A stretch of DNA of 64,000 nucleotides, from contig OZ024743.1 in the NCBI GenBank assembly GCA_964016885.1, positions 247,442,001 through 247,506,000 of the forward strand, in the 5' to 3' direction. The DNA comes from Eledone cirrhosa. Its lineage: Eukaryota. The notes under the pieces were generated by a model, which saw nothing but the letters and a program-made list of their open reading frames with translations, did not search any database and had not been told where the DNA came from. Positions 25,216-40,029 of this stretch are shown here, piece by piece (position 1 is the first letter of the stretch; every line of letters begins with the position of its first letter). The position numbers and the translations under genes are program-made.

Positions 25216-28200
25216 ACACTCATTGGCTGTGTGTGGTGTGATCTTCAAGAAAAACTGCCCATGCTAAATGAGGCAGCTGAAGTCCGGCGGCGAATGGTGT
25301 GCTTCGAAGAAAACGGATCACAAAAATGACGATTTGCCGGCGGAGTTACCTTTTCAATCGCGGGCCGGCCGCCCGTGGTCGGATCGATCTGTAATTACCG
25401 GTACATGTGCAGACACTCATTGGCTATGTGTGGCGTGAATTTCAGCAAGATATCTCCGTAAAATCAATAGTTGTGGCTGTGGAACCAAACCGTGTTAAAC
25501 GTCAACAAAGTCGTTGAGCGTAAGTTAGTTTACATTGAACTCGTGGTGGGATCGATCTGTAATTACTGGTACATGTGCAGAAACACATTGGTTGTGTGTG
25601 GTGTGATTTTAAAAAAAAACTGCCCATGCTAAATGAGGCAGCTGAAGTCCGGCGGCGAATGGTGTGCTTCGAAGAAAACGAATCACAAAAATGACGATTT
25701 GACGGCGGAGTTACCTTTTCAATCGCGGGCCGGCCGCCCGTGGTCGGATCGATCTGTAATTACTGGTACATGTGCAGACACACATTGGTTGTGTGTGGTG
25801 TGATTTTCAAAAAAAACTGCCCATGCTAAATGAGGCAGCTGAAGTCCGGCGGCGAATGGTGGGCTTCGAAGAAAACGGATCACAAAAATGACGATTTGCC
25901 GGCGGAGTTACCTTTTTCTCGATCGTGGGCCGGCCGCCCGTGGTCGGATCGATCTCTAATTACTGGTACATGTGCAGACACTCATTGGGTGTGTGTGGTG
26001 TGATCTTCAAGAAAAACTGCCCATGCTAAATGAGGCAGCTGAAGTCCGCCGGCGAATGGTGTGCTTCGAAGAAAACGAATCCGAAAATGACGATTTGCAG
26101 GCGGAGTAACCTTTTCGATTGTGGGCCGGCCGCCCGTGGTGGGATCCATCTGTAATTACTGGTACATGTGCAGACACTCATTGGCTGTGTGTGGTGTGAT
26201 CTTCAAGAAAAACTGCCCATGCTAAATGAGGCAGCTGAAGTCCGCCGGCGAATGGTGTGCTTCGAAGAAAACGAATCCGAAAATGACGATTTGCAGGCGG
26301 AGTAACCTTTTCGATTGTGGGCCGGCCGCCCGTGGTGGGATCCATCTGTAATTACTAGTACATGTGCAGACACTCATTGGCTATGTGTGGCGTGAATTTC
26401 AGCAAGATATCTCCGTAAAATCAATAGTTGTGGCTGTGGAACCAAACCGTGTTAAACGTCAACAAAGTCCGCCGGCGAATGGTGTGCTTCGAAGAAAACG
26501 AATCCAAAAATGACGATTTGCCGGCGGAGTTACCTTTTCAATCGCGGGCCGGCCATCCGTGGTCGGATCGATCTGTAATTACTGCTACATGTGCAGACAC
26601 TCATTGGCTATGTGTGGCGTGCATTTCAGCAAGATATCTCCGTTAAATCAATAGTTGTGGCTGTGGAACCAAACCGTGTTAAACGTCAACAAAGTCCGCC
26701 GGCGAATGGTGTGCTTCGAAGAAAACGAATCCAAAAATGACGATTTGCCGGCGGAGTTACCTTTTCAATCGCGGGCCGGCCATCCGTGGTCGGATCGATC
26801 TGTAATTACTGCTACATGTGCAGACACTCATTGGCTATGAGTGGCGTGAATTTCAGCAAGATATCTCCGTTAAATCAATAGTTGTGGCTGTGGAACCAAA
26901 CCGTGTTAAACGTCAACAAAGTCCGCCGGCGAATGGTGTGCTTCGAAGAAAACGAATCCAAAAATGACGATTTGCCGGCGGAGTTACCTTTTCAATCGCG
27001 GGCCGGCCGCCCCTGGTCGGATCGATCTGTAATTACTGGTACATGTGCAGACTCTCATTGGCTATGTGTGGCGTGAATTTCAGCAAGATATCTCCGTAAA
27101 ATCAATAGTTGTGGCTGTGGAACCAAACCGTGTTAAACGTCAACAAAGTCGTTGAGCGTAAGTTTGTTTACATTGAACTCGTGGTGGGATCGATCTGTAA
27201 TTACTGGTACATGTGCAGACACACATTGGTTGTGTGTGGTGTGATTTTCAAAAAAAACTGCCCATGCTAAATGAGGCAGCTGAAGTCCGGCGGCGAATGT
27301 TGTGCTTCGAAGAAAACGAATCACAAAAATGACGATTTGCCGGCGGAGTTACCTTTTCAATCGCGGGCCGGCCGCCCGTGGTCGGATCGATCTGTAATTA
27401 CTGGTACATGTGCAGACACACATTGGTTGTGTGTGGTGTGATTTTCAAAAAAAACTGCCCATGCTAAATGAGGCAGCTGAAGTCCGGCGGCGAATGGTGT
27501 GCTTCGAAGAAAACGGATCACAAAAATGACGATTTGCCGGCGGAGTTACCTTTTTCTCGATCGTGGGCCGGCCGCCCGTGGTCGGATCGATCTCTAATTA
27601 CTGGTACATGTGCAGACACTCATTGGGTGTGTGTGGTGTGATCTTCAAGAAAAACTGCCCATGCTAAATGAGGCAGCTGAAGTCCGCCGGCGAATGGTGT
27701 GCTTCGAAGAAAACGAATCCGAAAATGACGATTTGCAGGCGGAGTAACCTTTTCGATTGTGGGCCGGCCGCCCGTGGTGGGATCCATCTGTAATTACTGG
27801 TACATGTGCAGACACTCATTGGCTGTGTGTGGTGTGATCTTCAAGAAAAACTGCCCATGCTAAATGAGGCAGCTGAAGTCCGCCGGCGAATGGTGTGCTT
27901 CGAAGAAAACGAATCCGAAAATGACGATTTGCAGGCGGAGTAACCTTTACGATTGTGGGCCGGCCGCCCGTAGTGGGATCCATCTGTAATTACTAGTACA
28001 TGTGCAGACACTCATTGGCTATGTGTGGCGTGAATTTCAGCAAGATATCTCCGTTAAATCAATAGTTGTGGCTGTGGAACCAAACCGTGTTAAACGTCAA
28101 CAAAGTCCGCCGGCGAATGGTGTGCTTCGAAGAAAACGAATCCAAAAATGACGATTTGCCGGCGGAGTTACCTTTTCAATCGCGGGCCGGCCGCCCGTGG

Positions 28201-30369
28201 TCGGATCGATCTGTAATTACTGGTACATGTGCAAACACACATTGGTTGTGTGTGGTGTGATTTTCGAAAAAAACTGCCCATGCTAAATGAGGCAGCTGAA
28301 GTCCGGCGGCGAATGGTGTGCTTCGAAGAAAACGGATCACAAAAATGACGATTTGCCGGCGGAGTTACCTTTTTCTCGATCGTGGGCCGGCCGCCCGTGG
28401 TCGGATCGATCTCTAATTACTGGTACATGTGCAGACACTCATTGGGTGTGTGTGGTGTGATCTTCAAGAAAAACTGCCCATGCTAAATGAGGCAGCTGAA
28501 GTCCGCCGGCGAATGGTGTGCTTCGAAGAAAACGAATCCGAAAATGACGATTTGCAGGCGGAGTAACCTTTTCGATTGTGGGCCGGCCGCCCGTGGTGGG
28601 ATCCATCTGTAATTACTGGTACATGTGCAGACACACATTGGTTGTGTGTGGTGTGATTTTCAAAAACAACTGCCCATGCTAAATGAGGCAGCTGAAGTCC
28701 GGCGGCGAATGGTGTGCTTCGAAGAAAACGGATCACAAAAATGACGATTTGCCGGCGGAGTTACCTTTTTCTCGATCGTGGGCCGGCCGCCCGTGGTGGG
28801 ATCGATCTCTAATTACTGGTACATGTGCAGACACTCATTGGCTGTGTGTGGTGTGATCTTCAAGAAAAACTGCCCATGCTAAATGAGGCAGCTGAAGTCC
28901 GCCGGCGAATGGTGTGCTTCGAAGAAAACGAATCCGAAAATGACGATTTGCAGGCGGAGTAACCTTTTCGATTGTGGGCCGGCCGCCCGTGGTGGGATCC
29001 ATCTGTAATTACTGGTACATGTGCAGACACTCATTGGCTGTGTGTGGTGTGATCTTCAAGAAAAACTGCTCATGCTAAATGAGGCAGCTGAAATCCGCCG
29101 GCGAATGGTGTGCTTCGAAGAAAACGAATCCGAAAATGACGATTTGCAGGCGGAGTAACCTTTTCGATTGTGGGCCGGCCGCCCGTGGTGGGATCCATCT
29201 GTAATTACTGGTACATGTGCAGACACTCATTGGCTGTGTGTGGTGTGATCTTCAAGAAAAACTGCTCATGCTAAATGAGGCAGCTGAAGTCCGCCGGCGA
29301 ATGGTGTGCTTCGAAGAAAACGAATCCGAAAATGACGATTTGCAGGCGGAGTAACCTTTTCGATTGTGGGCCGCCCGCCCGTGGTGGGATCGATCTGTAA
29401 TTACTGGTACATGTGCAGACACACATTGGTTGTGTGTGGTGTGATTTTCAAAAAAAACTGCCCATGCTAAATGAGGCAGCTGAAGTCCGGCGGCGAATGG
29501 TGTGCTTCGAAGAAAACGGATCACAAAAATGACGATTTGCCGGCGGAGTTACCTTTTTCTCGATCGTGGGCCGGCCGCCCGTGGTCGGATCGATCTCTAA
29601 TTACTGGTACATGTGCAGACACTCATTGGCTGTGTGTGGTGTGATCTTCAAGAAAAACTGCCCATGCTAAATGAGGCAGCTGAAGTCCGCCGGCGAATGG
29701 TGTGCTTCGAAGAAAACGAATCCGAAAATGACGATTTGCAGGCGGAGTAACCTTTTCGATTGTGGGCCGGCCGCCCGTAGTGGGATCCATCTGTAATTAC
29801 TGGTACATGTGCAGACACTCATTGGCTGTGTGTGGTGTGATCTTCAAGAAAAACTGCCCATGCTAAATGAGGCAGCTGAAGTCCGCCGGCGAATGGTGTG
29901 CTTCGAAGAAAACGAATCCGAAAATGACGATTTGCAGGCGGAGTAACCTTTTCGATTGTGGGCCGGCCGCCCGTGGTGGGATCCATCTGTAATTACTGGT
30001 ACATGTGCAGACACTCATTGGCTGTGTGTGGTGTGATCTTCAAGAAAAACTGCTCATGCTAAATGAGGCAGCTGAAATCCGCCGGTCGAATGGTGTGCTT
30101 CGAAGAAAACGAATCCGAAAATGACGATTTGCAGGCGGAGTAACCTTTTCGATTGTGGGCCGGCCGCCCGTGGTGGGATCCATCTGTAATTACTGGTACA
30201 TGTGCAGACACTCATTGGCTGTGTGTGGTGTGATCTTCAAGAAAAACTGCTCATGCTAAATGAGGCAGCTGAAGTCCGCCGGCGAATGGTGTGCTTCGAA
30301 GAAAACGAATCCGAAAATGACGATTTGCAGGCGGAGTAACCTTTTCGATTGTGGGCCGGCTGCCCGTGG

Positions 30370-31990
30370 TGGGATCCATCTGTAATTACTGGTACATGTG
30401 CAGACTCTCATTGGCTATGTGTGGCGTGAATTTCAGCAAGATATCTCCGTAAAATCAATAGTTGTGGCTGTGGAACCAAACCGTGTTAAACGTCAACAAA
30501 GTCCGCCAGCGAATGGTGTGCTTCGAAGAAAACGAATCCAAAAATGACGATTTGCCGGCGGAGTTACCTTTTCAATCGCGGGCCGGACGTCCGTGGTCGG
30601 ATCGATCTGTAATTACTGGTACATGTGCAGACACTCATTGGCTATGTGTGGCGTGAATTTCAGCAAGATATCTCCGTAAAATCAATAGTTGTGGCTGTGG
30701 AACCAAACCGTGTTAAACGTCAACAAAGTCGTTGAGCGTAAGTTTGTTTACATTGAACTCGTGGTGGGATCGATCTGTAATTACTGGTACATGTGCAGAC
30801 ACACATTGGTTGTGTGTGGTGTGATTTTCAAAAAAAACTGCCCATTCTAAATGAGGCAGCTGAAGTCCGGCGGCGAATGGTGTGCTTCGAAGAAAACGAA
30901 TCACAAAAATGACGATTTGCCGGCGGAGTTACCTTTTCAATGGCGGGCCGGCCGCCCGTGGTCGGATCGATCTGTAATTACTGGTACATGTGCAGACACA
31001 CATTGGTTGTGTGTGGTGTGATTTTCAAAAAAAACTGCCCATGCTAAATGAGGCAGCTGAAGTCCGGCGGCGAATGGTGTGCTTCGAAGAAAACGGATCA
31101 CAAAAATGACGATTTGCCGGCGGAGTTACCTTTTTCTCGATCGTGGGCCGGCCGCCCGTGGTCGGATCGATCTCTAATTACTGGTACATGTGCAGACTCT
31201 CATTGGCTATGTGTGGCGTGAATTTCAGCAAGATATCTCCTTAAAATCAATAGTTGTGGCTGTGGAACCAAACCGTGTTAAACGTCAACAAAGTCCGCCA
31301 GCGAATGGTGTGCTTCGAAGAAAACGAATCCAAAAATGACGATTTGCCGGCGGAGTTACCTTTTCAATCGCGGGCCGGACGTCCGTGGTCGGATCGATCT
31401 GTAATTACTGGTACATGTGCAGACACTCATTGGCTATGTGTGGCGTGAATTTCAGCAAGATATCTCCGTAAAATCAATAGTTGTGGCTGTGGAACCAAAC
31501 CGTGTTAAACGTCAACAAAGTCGTTGAGCGTAAGTTTGTTTACATTGAACTCGTGGTGGGATCGATCTGTAATTACTGGTACATGTGCAGACACACATTG
31601 GTTGTGTGTGGTGTGATTTTCAAAAAAAACTGCCCATTCTAAATGAGGCAGCTGAAGTCCGGCGGCGAATGGTGTGCTTCGAAGAAAACGAATCACAAAA
31701 ATGACGATTTGCCGGCGGAGTTACCTTTTCAATGGCGGGCCGGCCGTCCGTGGTCGGATCGATCTGTAATTACTGGTACATGTGCAGACACACATTGGTT
31801 GTGTGTGGTGTGATTTTCAAAAAAAACTGCCCATGCTAAATGAGGCAGCTGAAGTCCGGCGGCGAATGGTGTGCTTCGAAGAAAACGGATCACAAAAATG
31901 ACGATTTGCCGGCGGAGTTACCTTTTTCTCGATCGTGGGCCGGCCGCCCGTGGTCGGATCGATCTCTAATTACTGGTACATGTGCAGACA
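30370..31990 (+). repeat. 792-bp four-monomer tandem duplication
   Basis: Private variants GTCCGCCAGCG, GGCCGGACGTCC, CCCATTCTAAA and CAATGGCGGG each occur twice, 792 bp apart (ORFs 30462/31254, 30713/31505). Confidence 0.88.
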
Positions 31991-34900
31991 CTCATTGGGT
32001 GTGTGTGGTGTGATCTTCAAGAAAAACTGCCCATGCTAAATGAGGCAGCTGAAGTCCGCCGGCGAATGGTGTGCTTCGAAGAAAACGAATCCGAAAATGA
32101 CGATTTGCAGGCGGAGTAACCTTTTCGATTGTGGGCCGGCCGCCCGTGGTGGGATCCATCTGTAATTACTGGTACATGTGCAGACACTCATTGGCTGTGT
32201 GTGGTGTGATCTTCAAGAAAAACTGCTCATGCTAAATGAGGCAGCTGAAGTCCGCCGGCGAATGGTGTGCTTCGAAGAAAACGAATCCGAAAATGACGAT
32301 TTGCAGGCGGAGTAACCTTTTCGATTGTGGGCCGGCCGCCCGTGGTGGGATCCATCTGTAATTACTGGTACATGTGCAGACACTCATTGGCTATGTGTGG
32401 CGTGAATTTCAGCAAGATATCTCCGTAAAATCAATAGTTGTGGCTGTGGAACCAAACCATGTTAAACGTCAACAAAGTCCGCCGGCGAATGGTGTGCTTC
32501 GAAGAAAACGAATCCAAAAATGACGATTTGCCGGCGGAGTTACCTTTTCAATCGCGGGCCGGCCATCCGTGGTCGGATCGATCTGTAATTACTGCTACAT
32601 GTGCAGACACTCATTGGCTATGTGTGGCGTGAATTGCAGCAAGATATCTCCGTAAAATCAATAGTTGTGGCTGTGGAACCAAACCGTGTTAAACGTCAAC
32701 AAAGTCGTTGAGCGTAAGTTTGTTTACATTGAACTCGTGGTGGGATCGATCTGTAATTACTGGTACATGTGCAGACACACATTGGTTGTGTGTGGTGTGA
32801 TTTTCAAAAAAAACTGCCCATGCTAAATGAGGCAGCTGAAGTCCGGCGGCGAATGGTGTGCTTCGAAGAAAACGAATCACAAAAATGACGATTTGCCGGC
32901 GGAGTTACCTTTTCAATCGCGGGCCGGCCGCCCGTGGTCGGATCGATCTGTAATTACTGGTACATGTGCAGACACACATTGGTTGTGTGTGGTGTGATTT
33001 TCAAAAAAAACTGCCCATGCTAAATGAGGCAGCTGAAGTCCGGCGGCGAATGGTGTGCTTCGAAGAAAACGGATCACAAAAATGACGATTTGCCGGCGGA
33101 GTTACCTTTTTCTCGATCGTGGCCCGGCAGCCCGTGGTCGGATCGATCTCTAATTACTGGTACATGTGCAGACACTCATTGCCTGTGTGTGGTGTGATCT
33201 TCAAGAAAAACTGCCCATGCTAAATGAGGCAGCTGAAGTCCGCCGGCGAATGGTGTGCTTCGAAGAAAACGAATCCGAAAATGACGATTTGCAGGCGGAG
33301 TAACCTTTTCGATTGTGGGCCGGCCGCCCGTGGTGGGATCCATCTGTAATTACTGGTACATGTGCAGACACTCATTGGCTGTGTGTGGTGTGATCTTCAA
33401 GAAAAACTGCCCATGCTAAATGCGGCAGCTGAAGTCCGCCGGCGAATGGTGTGCTTCGAAGAAAACGAATCCGAAAATGACGATTTGCAGGCGGAGTAAC
33501 CTTTTCGATTGTGGGCCGGCCGCCCGTGGTGGGATCCATCTGTAATTACTGGTACATGTGCAGACACTCATTGGCTATGTGTGGCGTGAATTTCAGCAAG
33601 ATATCTCCTTAAAATCAATAGTTGTGGCTGTGGAACCAAACCGTGTTAAACGTCAACAAAGTCCGCCGGCGAATGGTGTGCTTCGAAGAAAACGAATCCA
33701 AAAATGACGATTTGCCGGCGGAGTTACCTTTTCAATCGCGGGCCGGCCATCCGTGGTCGGATCGATCTGTAATTACTGCTACATGTGCAGACACTCATTG
33801 GCTATGTGTGGCGTGAATTTCAGCAAGATATCTCCGTAAAATCAATAGTTGTGGCTGTGGAACCAAACCGTGTTAAACGTCAACAAAGTCGTTGAGCGTA
33901 AGTTTGTTTACATTGAACTCGTGGTGGGATCGATCTGTAATTACTGGTACATGTGCAGACACACATTGGTTGTGTGTGGTGTGATTTTCAAAAAAAACTG
34001 CCCATGCTAAATGAGGCAGCTGAAGTCCGCCGGCGAATGGTGTGCTTCGAAGAAAACGAATCCGAAAATGACGATTTGCAGGCGGAGTAACCTTTTCGAT
34101 TGTGGGCCGGCCGCCCGTGGTGGGATCCATCTGTAATTACTGGTACATGTGCAGACACTCATTGGCTGTGTGTGGTGTGATCTTCAAGAAAAACTGCCCA
34201 TGCTAAATGCGGCAGCTGAAGTCCGCCGGCGAATGGTGTGCTTCGAAGAAAACGAATCCGAAAATGACGATTTGCAGGCGGAGTAACCTTTTCGATTGTG
34301 GGCCGGCCGCCCGTGGTGGGATCCATCTGTAATTACTGGTACATGTGCAGACACTCATTGGCTGTGTGTGGTGTGATCTTCAAGAAAAACTGCTCATGCT
34401 AAATGAGGCAGCTGAAGTCCGCCGGCGAATGGTGTGCTTCGAAGAAAACGAATCCGAAAATGACGATTTGCAGGCGGAGTAACCTTTTCGATTGTGGGCC
34501 GGCCGCCCGTGGTGGGATCCATCTGTAATTACTGGTACATGTGCAGACACTCATTGGCTGTGTGTGGTGTGATCTTCAAGAAAAACTGCCCATGCTAAAT
34601 GAGGCAGCTGAAGTCCGCCGGCGAATGGTGTGCTTCGAAGAAAACGAATCCGAAAATGACGATTTGCAGGCGGAGTAACCTTTTCGATTGTGGGCCGGCC
34701 GCCCGTGGTGGGATCCATCTGTAATTACTAGTACATGTGCAGACACTCATTGGCTATGTGTGGCGTGAATTTCAGCAAGATATCTCCTTAAAATCAATAG
34801 TTGTGGCTGTGGAACCAAACCGTGTTAAACGTCAACAAAGTCCGCCGGCGAATGGTGTGCTTCGAAGAAAACGAATCCAAAAATGACGATTTGCCGGCGG

Positions 34901-35759
34901 AGTTACCTTTTCAATCGCGGGCCGGCCATCCGTGGTCGGATCGATCTGTAATTACTGCTACATGTGCAGACACTCATTGGCTATGTGTGGCGTGAATTTC
35001 AGCAAGATATCTCCGTAAAATCAATAGTTGTGGCTGTGGAACCAAACCGTGTTAAACGTCAACAAAGTCGTTGAGCGTAAGTTTGTTTACATTGAACTCG
35101 TGGTGGGATCGATCTGTAATTACTGGTACATGTGCAGACACACATTGGTTGTGTGTGGTGTGATTTTCAAAAAAAACTGCCCATGCTAAATGAGGCAGCT
35201 GAAGTCCGGCGGCGAATGGTGTGCTTCGAAGAAAACGAATCACAAAAATGACGATTTGCCGGCGGAGTTACCTTTTCAATCGCGGGCCGGCCGCCCGTGG
35301 TCGGATCGATCTGTAATTACTGGTACATGTGCAGACACACATTGGTTGTGTGTGGTGTGATTTTCAAAAAAAACTGCCCATGCTAAATGAGGCAGCTGAA
35401 GTCCGGCGGCGAATGGTGTGCTTCGAAGAAAACGGATCACAAAAATGACGATTTGCAGGCGGAGTTACCATTTTCTCGATCGTGGGCCGGCCGCCCGTGG
35501 TCGGATCGATCTCTAATTACTGGTACATGTGCAGACACTCATTGGCTGTGTGTGGTGTGATCTTCAAGAAAAACTGCCCATGCTAAATGAGGCAGCTGAA
35601 GTCCGCCGGCGAATGGTGTGCTTCGAAGAAAACGAATCCGAAAATGACGATTTGCAGGCGGAGTAACCTTTTCGATTGTGGGCCGGCCGCCCGTGGTGGG
35701 ATCCATCTGTAATTACTGGTACATGTGCAGACACTCATTGGCTATGTATGGCGTGAATT

Positions 35760-38700
35760 TCAGCAAGATATCTCCTTAAAATCAATAGTTGTGGCTGTGG
35801 AACCAAACCGTGTTAAACGTCAACAAAGTCCGCCGGCGAATGGTGTGCTTCGAAGAAAACGAATCCAAAAATGACGATTTGCCGGCAGAGCTACCTTTTC
35901 AATCGCGGGCCGGCCGCCCGTGGTCGGATCGATCTGTAATTACTGGTACATGTGCAGACACTCATTGGCTATGTGTGGCGTGAAGTTCAGCAAGATATCT
36001 CCTTAAAATCAATAGTTGTGGCTGTGGAACCAAACCGTGTTAAACGTCAACAAAGTCCGCCGGCGAATGGTGTGCTTATAAGAAAACGAATCCAAAAATG
36101 ACGATTTGCCGGCGGAGTTACCTTTTCAATCGCGGGCCGGCCGCCCCTGGTCGGATCGATCTGTAATTACTGCTACATGTGCAGACACTCATTGGCTATG
36201 TGTGGCGTGAATTTCAGTAAGATATCTCTGTAAAATCAATAGTTGTGGCTGTGGAACCAAACCGTGTTAAACGTCAACAAAGTCGCTGAGCGTAAGTTTG
36301 TTTACATTGAACTCGTGGTGGGATCGATCTGTAATTACTGGTACATGTGCAGACACACATTGGTTGTGTGTGGTGTGATTTTCAAAAAAAACTGCCCATG
36401 CTAAATGAGGCAGCTGAAGTCCGGCGGCGAATGGTGTGCTTCGAAGAAAACGAATCAGAAAAATGACGATTTGCCGGCGGAGTTACCTTTTCAATCGCGG
36501 GCCGGCCGCCCGTGGTCGGATCGATCTGTAATTACTGATACATGTGCAGACACACATTGGTTGTGTGTGGTGTGATTTTCAAAAAAAACTGCCCATGCTA
36601 AATGAGGCAGCTGAAGTCCGGCGGCGAATGGTGTGCTTCGAAGAAAACGAATCACAAAAATGACGATTTGCCGGCGGAGTTACCTTTTTCTCGATCGTGG
36701 GCCGGCCGCCCGTGGTCGGATCGATCTGTGATTACTGGTACATGTGCAGACACTCATTGGCTGTGTGTGGTGTGATCTTCAAGAAAAACTGCCCATGCTA
36801 AATGAGGCAGCTGAAGTCCGCCGGCGAATGGTGTGCTTCGAAGAAAACGAATCCGAAAATGACGATTTGCAGGCGGAGTAACCTTTTCGATTGTGGGCCG
36901 GCCGCCCGTGGTGGGATCCATCTGTAATTACTGGTACATGTGCAGACACTCATTGGCTGTGTGTGGTGTGATCTTCAAGAAAAACTGCCCATGCTAAATG
37001 AGGCAGCTGAAGTCCGCCGGCGAATGGTGTGCTTCGAAGAAAACGAATCCGAAAATGACGATTTGCAGGCGGAGTAACCTTTTCGATTGTGGGCCGGCCG
37101 CCCGTGGTGGGATCCATCTGTAATTACTGGTACATGTGCAGACACTCATTGGCTATGTGTGGCGTGAATTTCAGCAGGATATCTCCTTAAAATCAATAGT
37201 TGTGGCTGTGGAACCAAACCGTGTTAAACGTCAACAAAGTCCGCCGGCGAATGGTGTGCTTCGAAGAAAACGAATCCAAAAATGACGATTTGCCGGCGGA
37301 GTTACCTTTTCAATCGCGGGCCGGCCGCCCGTGGTCGGATCGATCTGTAATTACTGGTACATGTGCAGACACACTTGGTTGTGTGTGGTGTGATTTTCAA
37401 AAAAAACTGCCCATGCTAAATGAGGCAGCTGAAGTCCGGCGGCGAATGGTGTGCTTCGAAGAAAACGGATCACAAAAATGACGATTTGCCGGCGGAGTTA
37501 CCTTTTTATCGATCGTGGGCCGGCCGCCCGTGGTCGGATCGATCTGTGATTACTGGTACATGTGCAGACACTCATTGGCTGTGTGTGGTGTGATCTTCAA
37601 GAAAAACTGCCCATGCTAAATGAGGCAGCTGAAGTCCGCCGGCGAATGGTGTGCTTCGAAGAAAACGAATCCGAAAATGACGATTTGCAGGCGGAGTAAC
37701 CTTTTCGATTGTGGGCCGGCCGCCCGTGGTGGGATCCATCTGTAATTACTGGTACATGTGCAGACACTCATTGGCTGTGTGTGGTGTGATCTGCAAGAAA
37801 AACTGCCCATGCTAAATGAGGCAGCTGAAGTCCGCCGGCGAATGGTGTGCTTCGAAGAAAACGAATCCGAAAATGACGATTTGCAGGCGGAGTAACCTTT
37901 TCGATTGTGGGCCGGCCGCCCGTGGTGGGATCCATCTGTAATTACTGGTACATGTGCAGACACTCATTGGCTATGTGTGGCGTGAATTTCAGCAGGATAT
38001 CTCCTTAAAATCAATAGTTGTGGCTGTGGAACCAAACCGTGTTAAACGTCAACAAAGTCCGCCGGCGAATGGTGTGCTTCGAAGAAAACGAATCCAAAAA
38101 TGACGATTTGCCGGCGGAGTTACCTTTTCAACCGCGGGCCGGCCGCCCGTGGTCGGATCGATCTGTAATTACTGGTACATGTGCAGACACTCATTGGCTA
38201 TGTGTGGCGTGAAGTTCAGCAAGATATCTCCTTAAAATCAATAGTTGTGGCTGTGGAACCAAACCGTGTTAAACGTCAACAAAGTCCGCCGGCGAATGGT
38301 GTGCTTCGAAGAAAACGAATCCAAAAATGACGATTTGCCGGCGGAGTTACCTTTTCAATCGCGGGCCGGCCGCCCCTGGTCGGATCGATCTGTAATTACT
38401 GCTACATGTGCAGACACTCATTGGCTATGTGTGGCGTGAATTTCAGCAAGATATCTCTGTAAAATCAATAGTTGTGGCTGTGGAACCAAACCGTGTTAAA
38501 CGTCAACAAAGTCGCTGAGCGTAAGTTTGTTTACATTGAACTCGTGGTGGGATCGATCTGTAATTACTGGTACATGTGCAGACACACATTGGTTGTGTGT
38601 GGTGTGATTTTCAAAAAAAAACTGCCCATGCTAAATGAGGCAGCTGAAGTCCGGCGGCGAATGGTGTGCTTCGAAGAAAACGAATCACAAAAATGACGAT

Positions 38701-39730
38701 TTGCCGGCGGAGTTACCTTTTCAATCGCGGGCCGGCCGCCCGTGGTCGGATCGATCTGTAATTACTGGTACATGTGCAGACACACATTGGTTGTGTGTGG
38801 TGTGATTTTCAAAAAAAACTGCCCATGCTAAATGAGGCAGCTGAAGTCCGGCGGCGAATGGTGTGCTTCGAAGAAAACGAATCACAAAAATGACGATTTG
38901 CCGGCGGAGTTACCTTTTTCTCGATCGTGGGCCGGCCGCCCGTGGTCGGATCGATCTGTGATTACTGGTACATGTGCAGACACTCATTGGCTGTGTGTGG
39001 TGTGATCTTCAAGAAAAACTGCCCATGCTAAATGAGGCAGCTGAAGTCCGCCGGCGAATGGTGTGCTTCGAAGAAAACGAATCCGAAAATGACGATTTGC
39101 AGGCGGAGTAACCTTTTCGATTGTGGGCCGGCCGCCCGTGGTGGGATCCATCTGTAATTACTGGTACATGTGCAGACACTCATTGGCTGTGTGTGGTGTG
39201 ATCTTCAAGAAAAACTGCCCATGCTAAATGAGGCAGCTGAAGTCCGCCGGCGAATGGTGTGCTTCGAAGAAAACGAATCCGAAAATGACGATTTGCAGGC
39301 GGAGTAACCTTTTCGATTGTGGGCCGGCCGCCCGTGGTGGGATCCATCTGTAATTACTGGTACATGTGCAGACACTCATTGGCTATGTGTGGCGTGAATT
39401 TCAGCAGGATATCTCCTTAAAATCAATAGTTGTGGCTGTGGAACCAAACCGTGTTAAACGTCAACAAAGTCCGCCGGCGAATGGTGTGCTTCGAAGAAAA
39501 CGAATCCAAAAATGACGATTTGCCGGCGGAGTTACCTTTTCAATCGCGGGCCGGCCGCTCGTGGTCGGATCGATCTGTAATTACTGGTACATGTGCAGAC
39601 ACACTTGGTTGTGTGTGGTGTGATTTTCAAAAAAAACTGCCCATGCTAAATGAGGCAGCTGAAGTCCGGCGGCGAATGGTGTGCTTCGAAGAAAACGGAT
39701 CACAAAAATGACGATTTGCCGGCGGAGTTA
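35760..39730 (+). repeat. Duplication with 2229/2230-bp offset
   Basis: ORF offsets 35789/38018 and 37200/39430. Markers GTCGCTGAGC, ATCTCTGTAAA, ATCTGTGATT and CAGCAGGATATC. Confidence 0.83.
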
Positions 39731-40029
39731 CCTTTTCAATCGCGGGCCGGCCGCCCGTGGTCGGATCGATCTGTAATTACTGGTACATGTGCAGACACAC
39801 ATTGGTTGTGTGTGGTGTGATTTTCAAAAAAACTGCCCATGCTAAATGAGGCAGCTGAAGTCCGGCGGCGAATGGTGTGCTTCGAAGAAAACGGATCACA
39901 AAAATGACGATTTGCCGGCGGAGTTACCTTTTCAATCGCGGGCCGGCCGACCCTGGTCGGATCGATCTGTAATTACTGGTTCCCGTGCAGGCACTCATTG
40001 GCTATGTGTGGCGTGAATTTCAGCAAGAT

